This document shows positions 1-13,349 of a DNA stretch of 64,000 nucleotides, piece by piece. The stretch is from NCBI RefSeq assembly GCF_048593235.1, contig NC_133619.1, positions 651,784,558 to 651,848,557 on the forward strand, read 5' to 3'. The notes under the pieces were generated by a model, which worked only from the letters and a program-made list of their open reading frames with translations, made no database searches and was not told where the DNA came from. Both the position numbers and the translations under genes were made by a program. Within the stretch, counting starts at the first letter, position 1. Every line of letters starts with the position of its first letter. Source of the stretch: Sminthopsis crassicaudata (taxonomy: Eukaryota).

Positions 1-279
1 TCCCCCTCCCCCCCGGGCTCCCCCTCCCCCCGGGTCTGGGGGCCGCCCCCACCTAAAGGAAGCGGGAGACGCCGCCGCGGGGGTCTGGGCCTTCCCTTCC
101 TCCCTGGCTGGTTACCGGGGCCGCCGGACCGGACTCTGGGGGCTGCGGGAATTAGGGGTGGATTCTGCCCCCGCCTGGACCCCCTGGGGCTGCCGAGCGT
201 AAAGAACGCTTAGGGGTTGCGACCCTCTCCGGGCACCTGGAGGAGGGAGGCCCTCAGCCCCGGGACCCAAGACCCTGCA

Positions 280-529
280 GGCGCCCCCCAGCCCCACTTC
301 CGGCGGCTGGCGAGTTTGGCCGTCACCAGGGAAGCCGCGCTTCGGCCCCCCGTGCCACACTTCCTGCCTACGACCCCGCCCCCATCCGGCCAGCATGCCA
401 CACTTCCTGTATGTCAAGCGAACCAATGGGAGGCTGCGGCGGGAAAGGGAGGCGGGGCGTGCGCCGAAGGGGGCGGGGCCCGGCGTGTTCCTGAGTAGTG
501 TCCCGGGGCTGCAGCTTGGAGCGGGCACT
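280..529. promoter_or_regulatory. CpG-island promoter of ALDH16A1, probably bidirectional (PIH1D1 lies head-to-head in human)
   Basis: CpG-rich; repeated ETS cores CACTTCC (~295, ~358, ~400), CCAAT (~423) and GC boxes upstream of ATG 530. No PIH1D1 coding sequence is recognisable in the window, so bidirectionality is inferred from synteny only. Confidence 0.6.
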
Positions 530-3500
530 ATGGCGGCGGAGGCGGGTCTCTGTCACGGGCTCCGGGGCGTCCGGCGCCCGGAACGTCTTCTCCTCCATGG
601 ACTACGGCCCTGCGCCCGAGAGCCCCTCGCTGGCGCTGGTGAGGCACCCCGCAACACGGGCGCCCCCGCAGCTGGGCGCCCCCAGCACCCCGACTCAGCC
701 CTGAGAACGCCCCCCCTCCCTGAACCCAAGCCCGGCCGGCCCCCCTCCCCCCGGCGCCCCGACCGGCCCTGAGAACGCCCCCCTCCCCCCGGCGCCCCGA
801 CCGGCCCTGCTTGTGCCCGGCCAGACCCCCCCCCCCCAACTGAACGGGGGATTGGGAAGTTAGGATCGGTGGCCCCGCGGATGCCTGATTCACGCGCCCT
901 GTGCCCTGAGCCCCGGGCTCCCCCCGCCTGCCGCCCCCCTGCCGGGGACCCTGGCTGCCCCCTGGGTCCCCGAGGATTCCGGGGCTGCAGCCCCTGTCCC
1001 GGGCCCCTGCACCCCCGCGGCCCCTGGGGCTCCGAGCTGTCCGGGGGCTCTGCCGGGGCCTCCACGGCCTCCCGACTGGCCCGTTGGCAGTGAACTCTGC
1101 CCCGGCCGGGCACCTGCACGCGCCCGCGGGCGGACTTCCGGTCCTGGGCCGAGCTCAGCAGACTTTGGGCCTGGCAGGATCCGGCCCCCCCTGGGTTCGG
1201 CTCCTCCGCCCCCACGCCAGGGCTGCGGCTCCTCGGCTGGTCTCCCGGAGCCCCCCGGAGCCCCCTGACGTGGCCCCGTTTCCCTCAGGCCTGGCTGCAC
1301 GAGCAGGGCGCGAAGCTGGGCCACTTTGTGAACGGAGAGTGGCGGACGCCCGAGGGCCAAGAGCCCGTCGTCTGCAGGGACCCCTGCTCAGGTACCGGCG
1401 GCCCCCCGGGTCCGGCCCCTCCTCGTCCCCGGCGACCCAGTGGGACGCCCTCGTCTGGGGGGACGGGGGAGGGGCGCTAAGAGCTCTGTGGCCAGGCGAG
1501 CTCCTGGCCAGCTGTTTGCAGGCCGACAGCGGGTTTGTGGCTTCGGCCGTGGACGTGGCCGGGCGAGCTTTTGAGACGTGGAGCCGGCTGCCCGGGGCCG
1601 CTCGTGCCCAGCACCTGCTTAGGTAAGGGAGCCCCAGACTGGGTTCCTCTGCCTGCCCAGGGACGGAAGGGGAAGTGGGCCGGACGCAGATGCTCCTGCC
1701 CGCTTTGGGCCGGCCCCCGGGGAGTTTGGGCCCCGCTGGATCAGAGCCCCTGGGACTGGGGCCTTGGGGGGGGTGCGGAGAGCCAGGGGGCGTACCCATC
1801 TCCTCTCCTCCCCCAGGCTGGCAGAGACGATCCGGAGGCATCAGAAGCTCCTGTGGACTCTGGAGGCGATGGCGTCAGGCCGGGTGGTGCGCGAGGTCCG
1901 GGACGGGGACCTGCCCCTGGCCCAGCAGCTGCTGCAGTACCACGCGTGCTGGGCCCAGACGCAGGAGCAGGCCCTCTCGGGATGGGAGCCCGTGGGTGAG
2001 ATGCCCCAGGACCCCTGGCCCCCCGGTCCCGGTCCCAGCCGTCTCCCCTGGGTGCCCCACCAGCACGGGCACGCTGCCAGCCCCGCTCTTCCTTTCCCAG
2101 GCGTGGTGGCGGTCATCCTGCCGCCAACGTTCTCTTTCATCGAGATGATGTGGAGAATCTGCCCGGCTCTGGCTGTGGGTAAGTCGGGGCCAAAGATGGC
2201 CCTTCAATGGCTACCCCAGACTCTGAGGTGAGAGCGCCCGGCCCGGCCCTGGGGTGAGGGGGGCCCGGCCCGGCCCTGGGGTGAGGGGGGCCCGGCCCGG
2301 CCCTGGGGTGAGGGGGGCCCGCCCGGCCCTGGGGTGAGGGGGGGCCCGGCCCGGCCCCTGGGGTGAGGGGGGGCCCGGCCCGGCCCTGGGGTGAGGGCGC
2401 CCGGCCCGGCCCTGGGGTGAGGGGGGCCCGCCCGGCCCTGGGGTGAGGGGGGCCCGGCCCGGCCCGGGGGTGACGGGGGCCCGGCCCGGCCCGGGGGTGA
2501 GGGGGGCCCGGCCCGGCCCTGGGGTGAGGGGAGTCCCAGCCGGCCTTCCTCGGGTTGCTCCACGGAAACCTGTGGGCCAGGGCCGAGGCCCCCCTTCTCC
2601 TCTCCATCCCGCCGCTCTCCCCATCTCCTGGCCCTGGCCCGCCCTGTTTCCCGGGGCCTCTCTCACTCAGCCTCTCCTGTGTCCGGCAGCTCCCTCCTGC
2701 TGGGCCAGCACCACCTTTTTCTGAGCCCTTCTCCCCCGGCCTCTGCCCCTCTGGTGCCCTGCCCCCTCACACTCCCCCTCGCCCGCCCACCCTGCTGGCT
2801 CCCGCCCGTGCCAGACCCTCCGCCCTCTCCTCTGCTGGTCTCAGCCCATTTTTGTCTCTGGGTCCGGCCCTGCTCTGTCTTCTGGATGTCCCCATGGCAC
2901 CTCGAACTCATATCCTAAACAGAAAGTCCCCAGCCCGGGACCTCCGGCTGTAACGCTGGCCGGTTCTGCGTGGCATTTTCTCCAGGCCGGGCACCTGGCT
3001 GAGCGCTTCTCCCAAACAGCTTTGTTTGTCCTCACGGCCCCCAGAGATAAGTGCTGCTGGGGGCTCTGCTTACAACAAGGGAAACTGAGGCGACAGGACC
3101 ACCCAGGATCCCACAGCTTGCCCGGTGTATGAGGCTGGACTTGAGCTCCCGAACGCCTTGCCTTGGGCAGCACCAACCCCTGAGCACGCAGTCCTTCCCC
3201 TCTGGGGGCCCCCCATGCACCCCAGGCCCTGGTCCCCTCACCTGCCTCCTGGCTCTCCTGTCTCCTCCAACCGGTCCTCTCCTGCCTGCCCAGCTTCCCC
3301 ATCCAGGCCGGCCAGCCTCCCCCGCCCACGTCTCTCCCGCTTCTCCTGGGAGCCCATGGAGTCTGCTTGTGGGGGGAGGGGGGCTTCTCAGTTGGCCCCT
3401 GACTGGCTCCTGGCCTCCCCCCAGGGTGCACTGTGGTGGTCTTTGGCAGCCCGGCCTCCCTGAGCGCGCTCCTTGTGGCCCAGCTGAGTGAGGAGGCCGG

Positions 3501-6444
3501 GCTTCCTCCCGGAGTCTTCAATGTGGTCATGGGAGCCGCCCTGCTAGAGACCATGCCGTCCGGCCTGCCCGGCGTGGCCAAGGTCGCTTTCTCCGGGCCT
3601 GTGGAGGTACACGGTGGGGGCCGGCAGGGGGCGCTGGCTGGTGGGGGCCACGGGGGCTCGGACCAGGAGCTGAGCAGTCGCTCCCCCCAGGAAGGCAAGG
3701 CCTTGCGCCGGGCGCTCGCCGGAAGCTGCACGGATCTCTCCCTGAGCCTGGGCACGGAGTCTCTGCTGGTGGTCACGGACACGGCCGACCTGGACTCCGC
3801 GGTGGAAGGAGTGGTGGACGCGGTCTGGTCTGACCGCAGCCAGGTGAGTTGGGGTTCGTACGGGACTCCTCTTCGCGCCGGGTGGGTGGGCCCGAGGGCA
3901 TAGAGTGGGCAGGGGGCACGGCTAACCAGGCTCTCTGGCCCTCAGGGGGGGCTGCGGCTGCTGGTGCAGCTGTCCGCCTATGAGGAGCTGCTGTGGAAAC
4001 TGGAGACCCGCCTGCGCAGAGTACGCCAGGGCCGGAGCTTGGACTGGGCCGTGGACATGGGCACCCGCGGGGCGTCCGCCTGGGAAAAGGCCCAGAGCTA
4101 CGTCCAGGAGGCGCAGAGCCAAGGGGCCCAGGTGAGGAGGCTGCAGGGGGCCGGGCTCGGGGGGAAGCGGCGCCCCGGGGGGCTCAAGGGTTCCTGTTCC
4201 TCTTTGTGTCTTGCAGATATTCCAAGATGGCAGCGCCCCCCCACAAAGCCCGTTCTTCCCCCCGACGCTGGTCCTGGGCCTGGCCCCGGCTAGTCCTTGT
4301 GCCCAGGTGGAGGTGAGCGAGTGGTGGCCCGTGACCGCAGCCCGAGGAGCTGCGGGGTGCCGGCCCTTGCTGGCCTCAGACTCCCCCCCGCCCTTGCCAG
4401 GCTCAGCCTCCCCTCCCCCCCGCCCTCCCCAGCCTCAGACCCCTCTCTCTCCTCACGGCGCTGCAGGTACCCTGGCCTCTGGTCACCATTTTCCCCTTCC
4501 GCACTGCTAAGGAGGCGCTGGCCATGGGCAACGGCACCCCCCGCGGGGGCAGCGCCAGTGTGTGGAGCGAGCGGCTCACCTTGGCCCTGGACCTGGCCTA
4601 TAAGTAAGGAGGCCCCAGACCCTGCACGGGACTTTCCCTCTGCTGCCTCAGTCTTCCCCTCTGGGAAATGGGGGCCCCTCGCCATCCTGCGGGCCTCCCG
4701 GTGGCCTCCCTCTCCCCTGAGCCCAGGGCTCCCCAGGTGACGTCACCCTGCCCTGCCCCCCAAGGCTGGCTCTCCTGTGCCTGACACTCTGGGCTCTCCT
4801 TCCAGGCTCCTCATGGGCACCGTCTGGATCAACGCCCACAGCCTCCAGGACGCGGCCGCCCCCGTGGGTGGCTGCAAGGAGAATGGTTCCTCCTGGCACG
4901 GGGGCCCCGATGTGAGTGACGCACCCCCCGCCCCTCCCCTCTCACTCCGGGCTTGCCTGTGCCCTAACTGCCCCTCCCCCACAGGGGCTCTACGAGTACC
5001 TCCGCCCCGTGGGCGCCCCCCCACGGCCGGGAGCATGCCCAGAGCCTTTGGACTACGACAACTTCGGCCTGTCGGCCCGCCCCGTCCTGCCGTCCGGTGA
5101 CTCCCCGGCCTGGTCAGCTCCCGCTTGGGCCCCGAGGGTCGTCCCAGGGAGGTGGGGTTGGTGTGGGGCTCGGGGTCCTCAGCACAGCCTCTTCCCACAG
5201 CAAGAGCGCCCCGTATGGGGTCTTCGTGGCCGGCCGTTTCCAGAACCCTTCCAGCCGCAGCTCCAGACCTGTCCTGGGCTCCGGCGGGCACGTCAGTGCC
5301 CACGTGGCAGAGGGGGGCGCCAAGGATGTCCGGGAGGCCGTGGAGGCGGCACACAAGGCAGCAGCCGCGTGAGTGGAGTGGCAGGAGGTGGGGGAGGGGA
5401 GACCCCAGCCCCCAAAGCCCCCTCACCCTGCCTCTGTCCTTCTCTGCCTGCCAGCTGGGCCAGTCGGGTGCCAGGAAGCCGGGCATCAACCCTGTGGGCG
5501 CTGGCTGACGCATTATCCCAGAGGAGCCAGGAGCTGGAGGACCAGCTGGTGGAGGTGACGGGCGTCGACCTTGCGGATGCTCGAACCGAAGTGGTGCTGA
5601 GCGTTGCCCGGCTACGGGCCTGGGGCGCGCAGGTCCATGCCCAGGGAGCCGGCCTGCACGTGAGCCTTTTCCACCCCCCAACCCCGTATCCTCCTCCCCC
5701 CCGACCCTGTATCCCTCCTCCCTGACCTCGTACCCCTCCTCCCCCAGAGCACTGGGCCCCACGGGCCTTTTCTGCGCCTTCGAGAGGCTCTGGGCGTGGT
5801 GGCCATCATCTGCCCGGAGGAGCAGCCCCTGCTTGCCTTCGTGTCTCTCCTCGCCCCGGCCCTGGCCTGCGGCAGCGCCGTCATCATGGTGCCCAGTGGG
5901 GCCTGCCCGCTGCCGGCCCTCCAGCTCTGCCAGGTACTGGGCTCTGCTGCCCGCTGCTGCCCGACAGCCTTTCCCGCCCCCCCCCCCCCCCAGGCACTCT
6001 GGGAAGGGCTGCGCCCCTTCCCCAGTGCCTGTTTCTTCCTGCCAGGACATGGCTGGCCTGCTCCCACCTGGGCTGGTGAACGTGCTGACGGGGGACCGTG
6101 ATCACATCACCCGCTGTCTGGCCCTTCATCAGGACGTTCCCGCCCTGTGGTACTTCGGCTCTGCCCAGGTACTCCTGGCCCCGCCCCTGCCCCCTTTCCC
6201 CGGCCGGCCCGGGGGTCTCCCAAGGCTCTCCAGCTCGCAGGGGCCGCGGCCCCTTGCTGACCTCGGCATCTCTTTCCAGGGCTCCCAGTTTGTGGAGTGG
6301 GCCTCTGCTGGAAACCTCAAGGCCGTGTGGGTGAACGGAGGCCGCGGCCGATCCTGGGACCGAGAGGGAGAGGGCGCCGCGCCTGAGCTGTGCCTTCGGG
6401 CAGCCCGCACCAAGGCGCTCTGGCTGTCCCTGGGAGACATCTGA
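530..6444 (+). CDS. ALDH16A1: Aldehyde dehydrogenase 16 family member A1, 17 exons
   Basis: Exons 530(or 597)-638, 1289-1391, 1496-1622, 1817-1995, 2101-2178, 3425-3606, 3691-3843, 3946-4131, 4217-4312, 4467-4603, 4806-4911, 4985-5112, 5201-5368, 5455-5659, 5748-5933, 6046-6168, 6280-6444, all GT-AG and frame-consistent from exon 2. Peptides [62 protein letters not shown] match ALDH16A1. Exon 1 from ATG 530 is 109 nt (1 nt out of frame). Confidence 0.96.
2236..2531. repeat. ~27-bp GC-rich minisatellite, 11 units, ALDH16A1 intron 5
   Basis: Unit GCCCGGCCCGGCCCTGGGGTGAGGGGG, read directly from the sequence. Confidence 0.95.
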
Positions 6445-7233
6445 GCCCGGCCTCAGGCCCCCAGGCCCGGCCCTCGCCGTGGCCCCCTTCCGAAGAAATG
6501 ACCTGACGTACGTCCGGCCGGCTGCTGAGGAGAGGCTGCGGGTCGGGCTCACGGGAGGCTCCGGGACCCCCGAGGCGGCCCTCCCCGGGGGCTCTCTCGG
6601 CCCGGGGTCTCCTGCCCATGTTTCCATGAGGGGCCCTGTCCCCTGAGGGGCAGCCTGGCCACCTTCCGGGAAGCTTCTCTGCTGGCCCCCAGGCGCTCCT
6701 CTGGGTGCCGGGCAAAGCACACCCGCTCCCTGGCCCCGCGCGGCCGGCCTCTCCCGCAGCCTCCGGCTCTGGGTGGCCCCTCGGCCTGGCACCCAGAACA
6801 GGCCAATGCCGACGGGGCAACCAGCCAGCTCAGTGGGGAGGGATCTTCTCTGGGCCTGGGCCAGGGGGCTCAGCAGGGAAGCTGCCCCCAAGTCTTCCTT
6901 ATTCCTGGAGTCCTTCAGTCCCTGGCTGCAATCCCCCTAAGTCCCCCAACGTCCATCAGTCTTTGTCCTCCTAAGGCCAACTGTTTTATGGAGGGCAGGG
7001 GCCGCCTAGCCCGCCCTCGGGCAGCCGCCGTCCTGGCCGGGAGAGGAGGAGGGGACGAGCGACCCCAGAGTGAGCAGGGCTGCAGGGGCTGGGACCCGCA
7101 GTTTGTGCCGCGCTGGGAAGGGGCTGGGGTTTTCCAAGCTTGATGATGATTTGAAGATTTTTTCCTTACCCCGATACCTGTGATCGCTCGCTTCCCCAGA
7201 GAGCCCCCTCCCCTGCCCAATGATCTCGTGTCA

Positions 7234-7239
7234 ATTAAA
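7234..7239 (+). terminator. Probable ALDH16A1 polyadenylation signal ATTAAA
   Basis: ATTAAA ~790 nt after the stop, followed by T-rich sequence. Confidence 0.55.
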
Positions 7240-8424
7240 GAGTTTTTTACCGCAACGTTCTCTGTCTGCGTCCGCTCCTGGCTCACTTTCCACCTGGCGC
7301 GTCCTGGGGAGTTTTGTTACTGGGGGGGGGGGGTCTGTCATCTGTATCACTGCAGTGATCGGGCTCTGGCTTGCTCCTGCCGCAGTCCCTGGAGACTCCC
7401 CCAGTTCAGACTTTGATCACAGCGCGGGGGCTTTCGTGACGTTCACTGCCGGCCGTTTGGCCGTCCCCCACCCACGGGCACCACTTTGTCCCTTGTTTTT
7501 GTCAACACAAATGGCGTCGCCACCAAGCGACCTTGGGGTATTATCCCGGCCACGCACTCTCCGGGTCACTCTATTTGCCCGACTCCACGAGGCTTTCCCG
7601 GCTGTCCCCTTCGGCAGCTTCGCCAACGATGCACCAGCGTCTGCTCCCCTGCCCCCCTCCCTGGCTCTCCCGGAGGCCCGGGGTGTCCGCGCTGCCGCCT
7701 CCACTTCTCCTGGGCCTGTGGGAGCCCCGAGCTCCCCGTCCGATCCCCGCCTTCCTCAGAAGGAGCCTCGGAGGGGGCGGAGCGCAGGGACTGCCGCCGT
7801 GGCTAGAGCCCAGGCCTCGGCACGGGGCTGAGCCAGGCCGGGGAAGGACCCAGGTGTCCCCTGCCTCCTGCAGCTCAACTTGAAGCCACCAGAGGGCTCC
7901 TCCCCCCGTGGATTCCCAAACTTTTCTCCAAAATGCCTTTCACTTTCGATCTCCGATGTCTGGGCCCAGACGTGCCCCAGGCCTTCCCGGCCTGGACGGG
8001 GACCCTGGTGCGGGGCTGGGACCGCGCCCGGGGCCCAGGGGCTAGGGGGAGGGGCGCCTGGCCCCCGGGGGGCTGAGAGGCAGGGGTCCCCGCGTCCTGG
8101 ATGGGCCCCAGCTCTCCAGTGCCTCCATCTCCTCGGGGCTGGGGGATGTTCGGCTACCTGAGGATGCAGGGGGCGGGAGCGGGGGCCCGGGGCTCCAAGG
8201 GGTTTGAGAAAGGGGGTGCTGGGTTGTCAAGGGAACCGGAGCATGGGATGCCTTCCTGGAAGCTTGGGCATGATTCGCAGTAATGAGGCGGGGGCAGGAA
8301 GCGGGGTGGGGGAGGAAACTTAGCCACATGAAGGGGCTGGGGGAGGGCCCCGACGCCGGGCCCTTGGCTGAGCCGGCTCCGTCCCCCCAGGGCCCAGCAG
8401 CGGTATGAGGGGCCCCAACTCAAG

Positions 8425-10348
8425 ATGACCGGCCCGGCCCCAGCCTGGCCCCTCACTGTGCGTATTCCCACCAGATGGAAGCTGGAGCAGACGAGGGAAG
8501 AGCCCCAGACGGGATGGGAGCAGCAGCCCCGGTGCTGGGAGGGAGGGGACAGACACAGGGATGGGCCGGCAACGGAGGCAGGCGAGGGGAGCCCGGGTAG
8601 GGCCGGGAGGGGGAGGCGGCGCGGATGGGGCTCCCAGAGCGGGGTGCGGGGCCCAGGCTGCCCACACAGGGAGAAAGGGAAGGAGGAGAAACAGAGGCAG
8701 AGGGGGGTCAGCAGACTCCGCTCAGCCCAGCCTCCCCGCCCCCAGGCCTCCCTCCTGCTGCTCCTGCTGCCCCAGGTCCTGCCAGATCCCTGCTCCTTCC
8801 CAGACAGCCCCATCAGCTCCACCTTCGCCAAGACCATCAGCACCTTGGTGAGAGTCCCTGCCTCCGCCCACCCGCCCCGGGCCATTCTGGTCTCCAGTGC
8901 CCTCTATTTCCCTGGCTCAGACAGGGCAGATTTCTGGGGGCGTCCATCCCTCCGGGGCTCCTGTTCTTCCTGTCTCTTTCTGGCCCTCCCTGAGCCCTGC
9001 TCCCGGTGCTGCTGGCTCTTCCCCAGCCCGGCTCCCGGGCGGCCGGCTCTCGGGCTCTCCGTCCGGCCCAGGCCATCTCCTCCAGACCAGCCGAGACTGA
9101 GCTTTCTGCCCGTCCCTCGGGGTCTCCCTGATCTGAGGCAGGGCAGGGCACTAAGCGGCCTCTCTCCCCACAGTTGGACTTCATGCTCTGGGATTACCCA
9201 GTCGATGTCCCAGAGAATCTGCGGGTGGTGAGTCTGCTGGGGAATGGGGCTTCCAAAGCCTCGGGTCACGGGGGGCCGGGCACCCCGAAACCTCGCCCCC
9301 GAGCATCCAACCCCTCCCAGCCCAGGGCATCTGGACGTGTCTCCCCAGGATGAGCAGTGCTGGGCCCTGTGGCACTTGGCCTTGGCGAAGGAAACCCTGG
9401 GCCGCCTGAAGCTGGTGGCCGGCAGCGAGCTGCAGGAGCTCCTGGAAGCCGTGTACACCGAGATCAACTTTGTGGGTCAATGTGTCAACCAGGTCAGTCC
9501 CCGCTGCCCCCTCGATGAATCCCTGCTGCCTTTGCATCCCCGCTGCCCCCTCGATGAATCCCAGCTGCCTTTGCGTCTCCGCTGCCCCCTCGATGAATCC
9601 CAGCTGCCTTTGCGTCCTGGGCCGCCCAGGGATCTGAAGGGGGGCTCAGGCCAGGGGCTCTGCCGAGAGGGGGAGGGACAAGGAGGCCGCAGGGGCGCCC
9701 GGCCTGGCTCCGGGGCGGAGACGGACTGGTGTGTGACGCCCCCACCCCCTCCCTCGGCTCCCCAGTCCTTTCCCGGCTGTCTCCGTTTCCGAAAAGCCAA
9801 CATCTCTCACCTCCTGCTGGAGGTCTCCAGCCACCTGGGGGCCCTGCAGCCCCTCATCACGCAGCGGAACTTCCGGCCGTGCCAGCAGTATCGCTGCCAG
9901 CCAGGTGAGGTGCCCAGGTGGGCCTTGCCCAGGAAGACAGGGCTGCAGAATGGGCAGGCGGGGCTGGGCCCAGGGAGAAGGCCCCTCGCCCGCTTAAGCG
10001 GTCTCCCTTCCCACAGAGCCCTCCCTCCCTGTCTCCACGCTCCCCGCCCCCAGCAGCCTCGGGGCCCTGGGGGGCACGCTGGGACCCCCCAGGCCCTCCA
10101 GCTTGCTTCTGCTGATGCTGGGGGCGCTGCCAGTGGCCCTGCTGCTGATCCTCGCGGCAGCCTGGAGATGGAAGCAGAGGAGGACACCGCCGAGGGCCCC
10201 CAGGCCCGCAGCCCCCCAGGTGGGCTTGGCTCAGCCCAGCGCGGGTGGGGCCTCCCAGGGGCACCGGCAGCCGCTGACGACACGCGAGGGGCGTGGCCGG
10301 GGGCCCCCGGACTCCGCTCCCCAGGAGGTGCCGGGGAGGCTGCTGTGA
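8425..10348 (+). CDS. FLT3LG: Fms-related tyrosine kinase 3 ligand (membrane form)
   Basis: Coding exons 8425-8457 (MTGPAPAWPLT), 8746-8847, 9174-9227 (LWDYPVDVPENL), 9349-9492, 9766-9904, 10017-10219 (stalk plus TM), 10325-10348 (last exon least certain). Six ectodomain Cys are conserved; 33/54/144/139-nt exons match the FLT3L exon pattern; position between ALDH16A1 and RPL13A fits synteny. Confidence 0.92.
9501..9617. repeat. 39-bp tandem repeat x3 in an FLT3LG intron
   Basis: CCGCTGCCCCCTCGATGAATCCCAGCTGCCTTTGCGTCT units start at 9501, 9540 and 9579. Confidence 0.95.
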
Positions 10349-11179
10349 AAGAAGGACTGGAGGGCCTTGCAGGCCGAGCTCGGAGCCGGGGCGCCTCCGG
10401 GAGAAAAGCCTCCATCCGCGGCGCAGCCCAACACTGGCTGCCCGAGCCCCCTCTCCGGGGCTGCCGAGGGCGCCCCCTGTAAAGCTCGAGGACTCCGATA
10501 AAACACTTTCACTCGCTTTTCTCGGTGCAATCTGTGCTCAGACCCGGGCGGGGGAGGGGAGGCAGGTCGCGGCCTCGGACCCAATTGGACCGTGCCGCCG
10601 GAGCGCCGGGAGGGGCGGAGGGCATCAGTGGGAGGCAGGGGGGAGGGGAGGACCGGCGAACCCCGTCCACGCTGCTCCCGGCGCCCCGCGGCTGGGGCCG
10701 CAGGGGGAATGGGGGAGGGGCTGTTAGCGAGCCCCCTGTCTCCGGGGGTCTGTGGCTAGCAGAAAGTGCTCGGCCAGAGCCCCATGAAAGACCCGGAAGA
10801 GACTCTAGCTAGGACCCACTTCCCCAGAGCAAACTGGGGGAGGGGAACTGAAGCCACGCCCCTGGCTGGTAACTAAGCAACCAGAGCCCGGGTCTGCCTG
10901 TGGACCCGCTTAGAAGATCCCCCTGCAAGGTTGGGTGGGGGGCGGGGAGCAGGGTTTGAACACGGTCTGCTGCCGCCCGGCGGCCGAGGAACCAAGCACT
11001 GGCCTAGCGGGCCGCAGTGCGCATGTGTATGGGGCGCTCGCCCCTCACAAAGATGATAGGCGCTCCAGAATGGCCCCTAACAGACATGGAAGCCTGACTC
11101 AGGAAGGACCACGTGAATGATCCAGGAGCCCCGCCCCCTTCCTGAGCCACACGATCTCAGCCCCTGGAAGAGGCGTCTG

Positions 11180-11414
11180 CCTTTGCGCCTGCGCCCAACC
11201 CAACGGGCGGCGCGTGGCCTCCTTCTATGCAGCTAACCCTCCCCTGGGTTGCCGCGCCTGCGCAGGAGCCCCTCGCCGTCCCTGGGGGAGGAGCGAGGCG
11301 TTCCTCCACCTATAGGGAGCCGCGGCGATCTCGCGTCACTTCCGACGCCCCTGTGAGGTGGATAAGGAGGCCCCGAGGTGGGAGAGCTCCTTCTTTTCCC
11401 GGGCGGCGTCGGCA
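11180..11414 (+). promoter_or_regulatory. RPL13A promoter and 5'TOP
   Basis: GCGCCTGCGC (NRF1-like) twice, CGTCACTTCCG at 11334-11344, pyrimidine tract CTCCTTCTTTTCCC at 11387-11400 just upstream of the ATG. Confidence 0.8.

Positions 11415-13349
<1,935 letters not shown>

Noticed and set aside
1-400. PIH1D1 coding exon
   Set aside because: No PIH1D1-like peptide in any frame; only a possible minus-strand donor near 111-116.
2137-2724. ORFs with PGPGRAPLT-type repeats
   Set aside because: Artefacts of the 27-bp GC minisatellite.
530-6444. Calling ALDH16A1 a pseudogene
   Set aside because: Only a single 1-nt discrepancy near the start; 16 downstream exons are intact and an in-frame ATG exists at 597.
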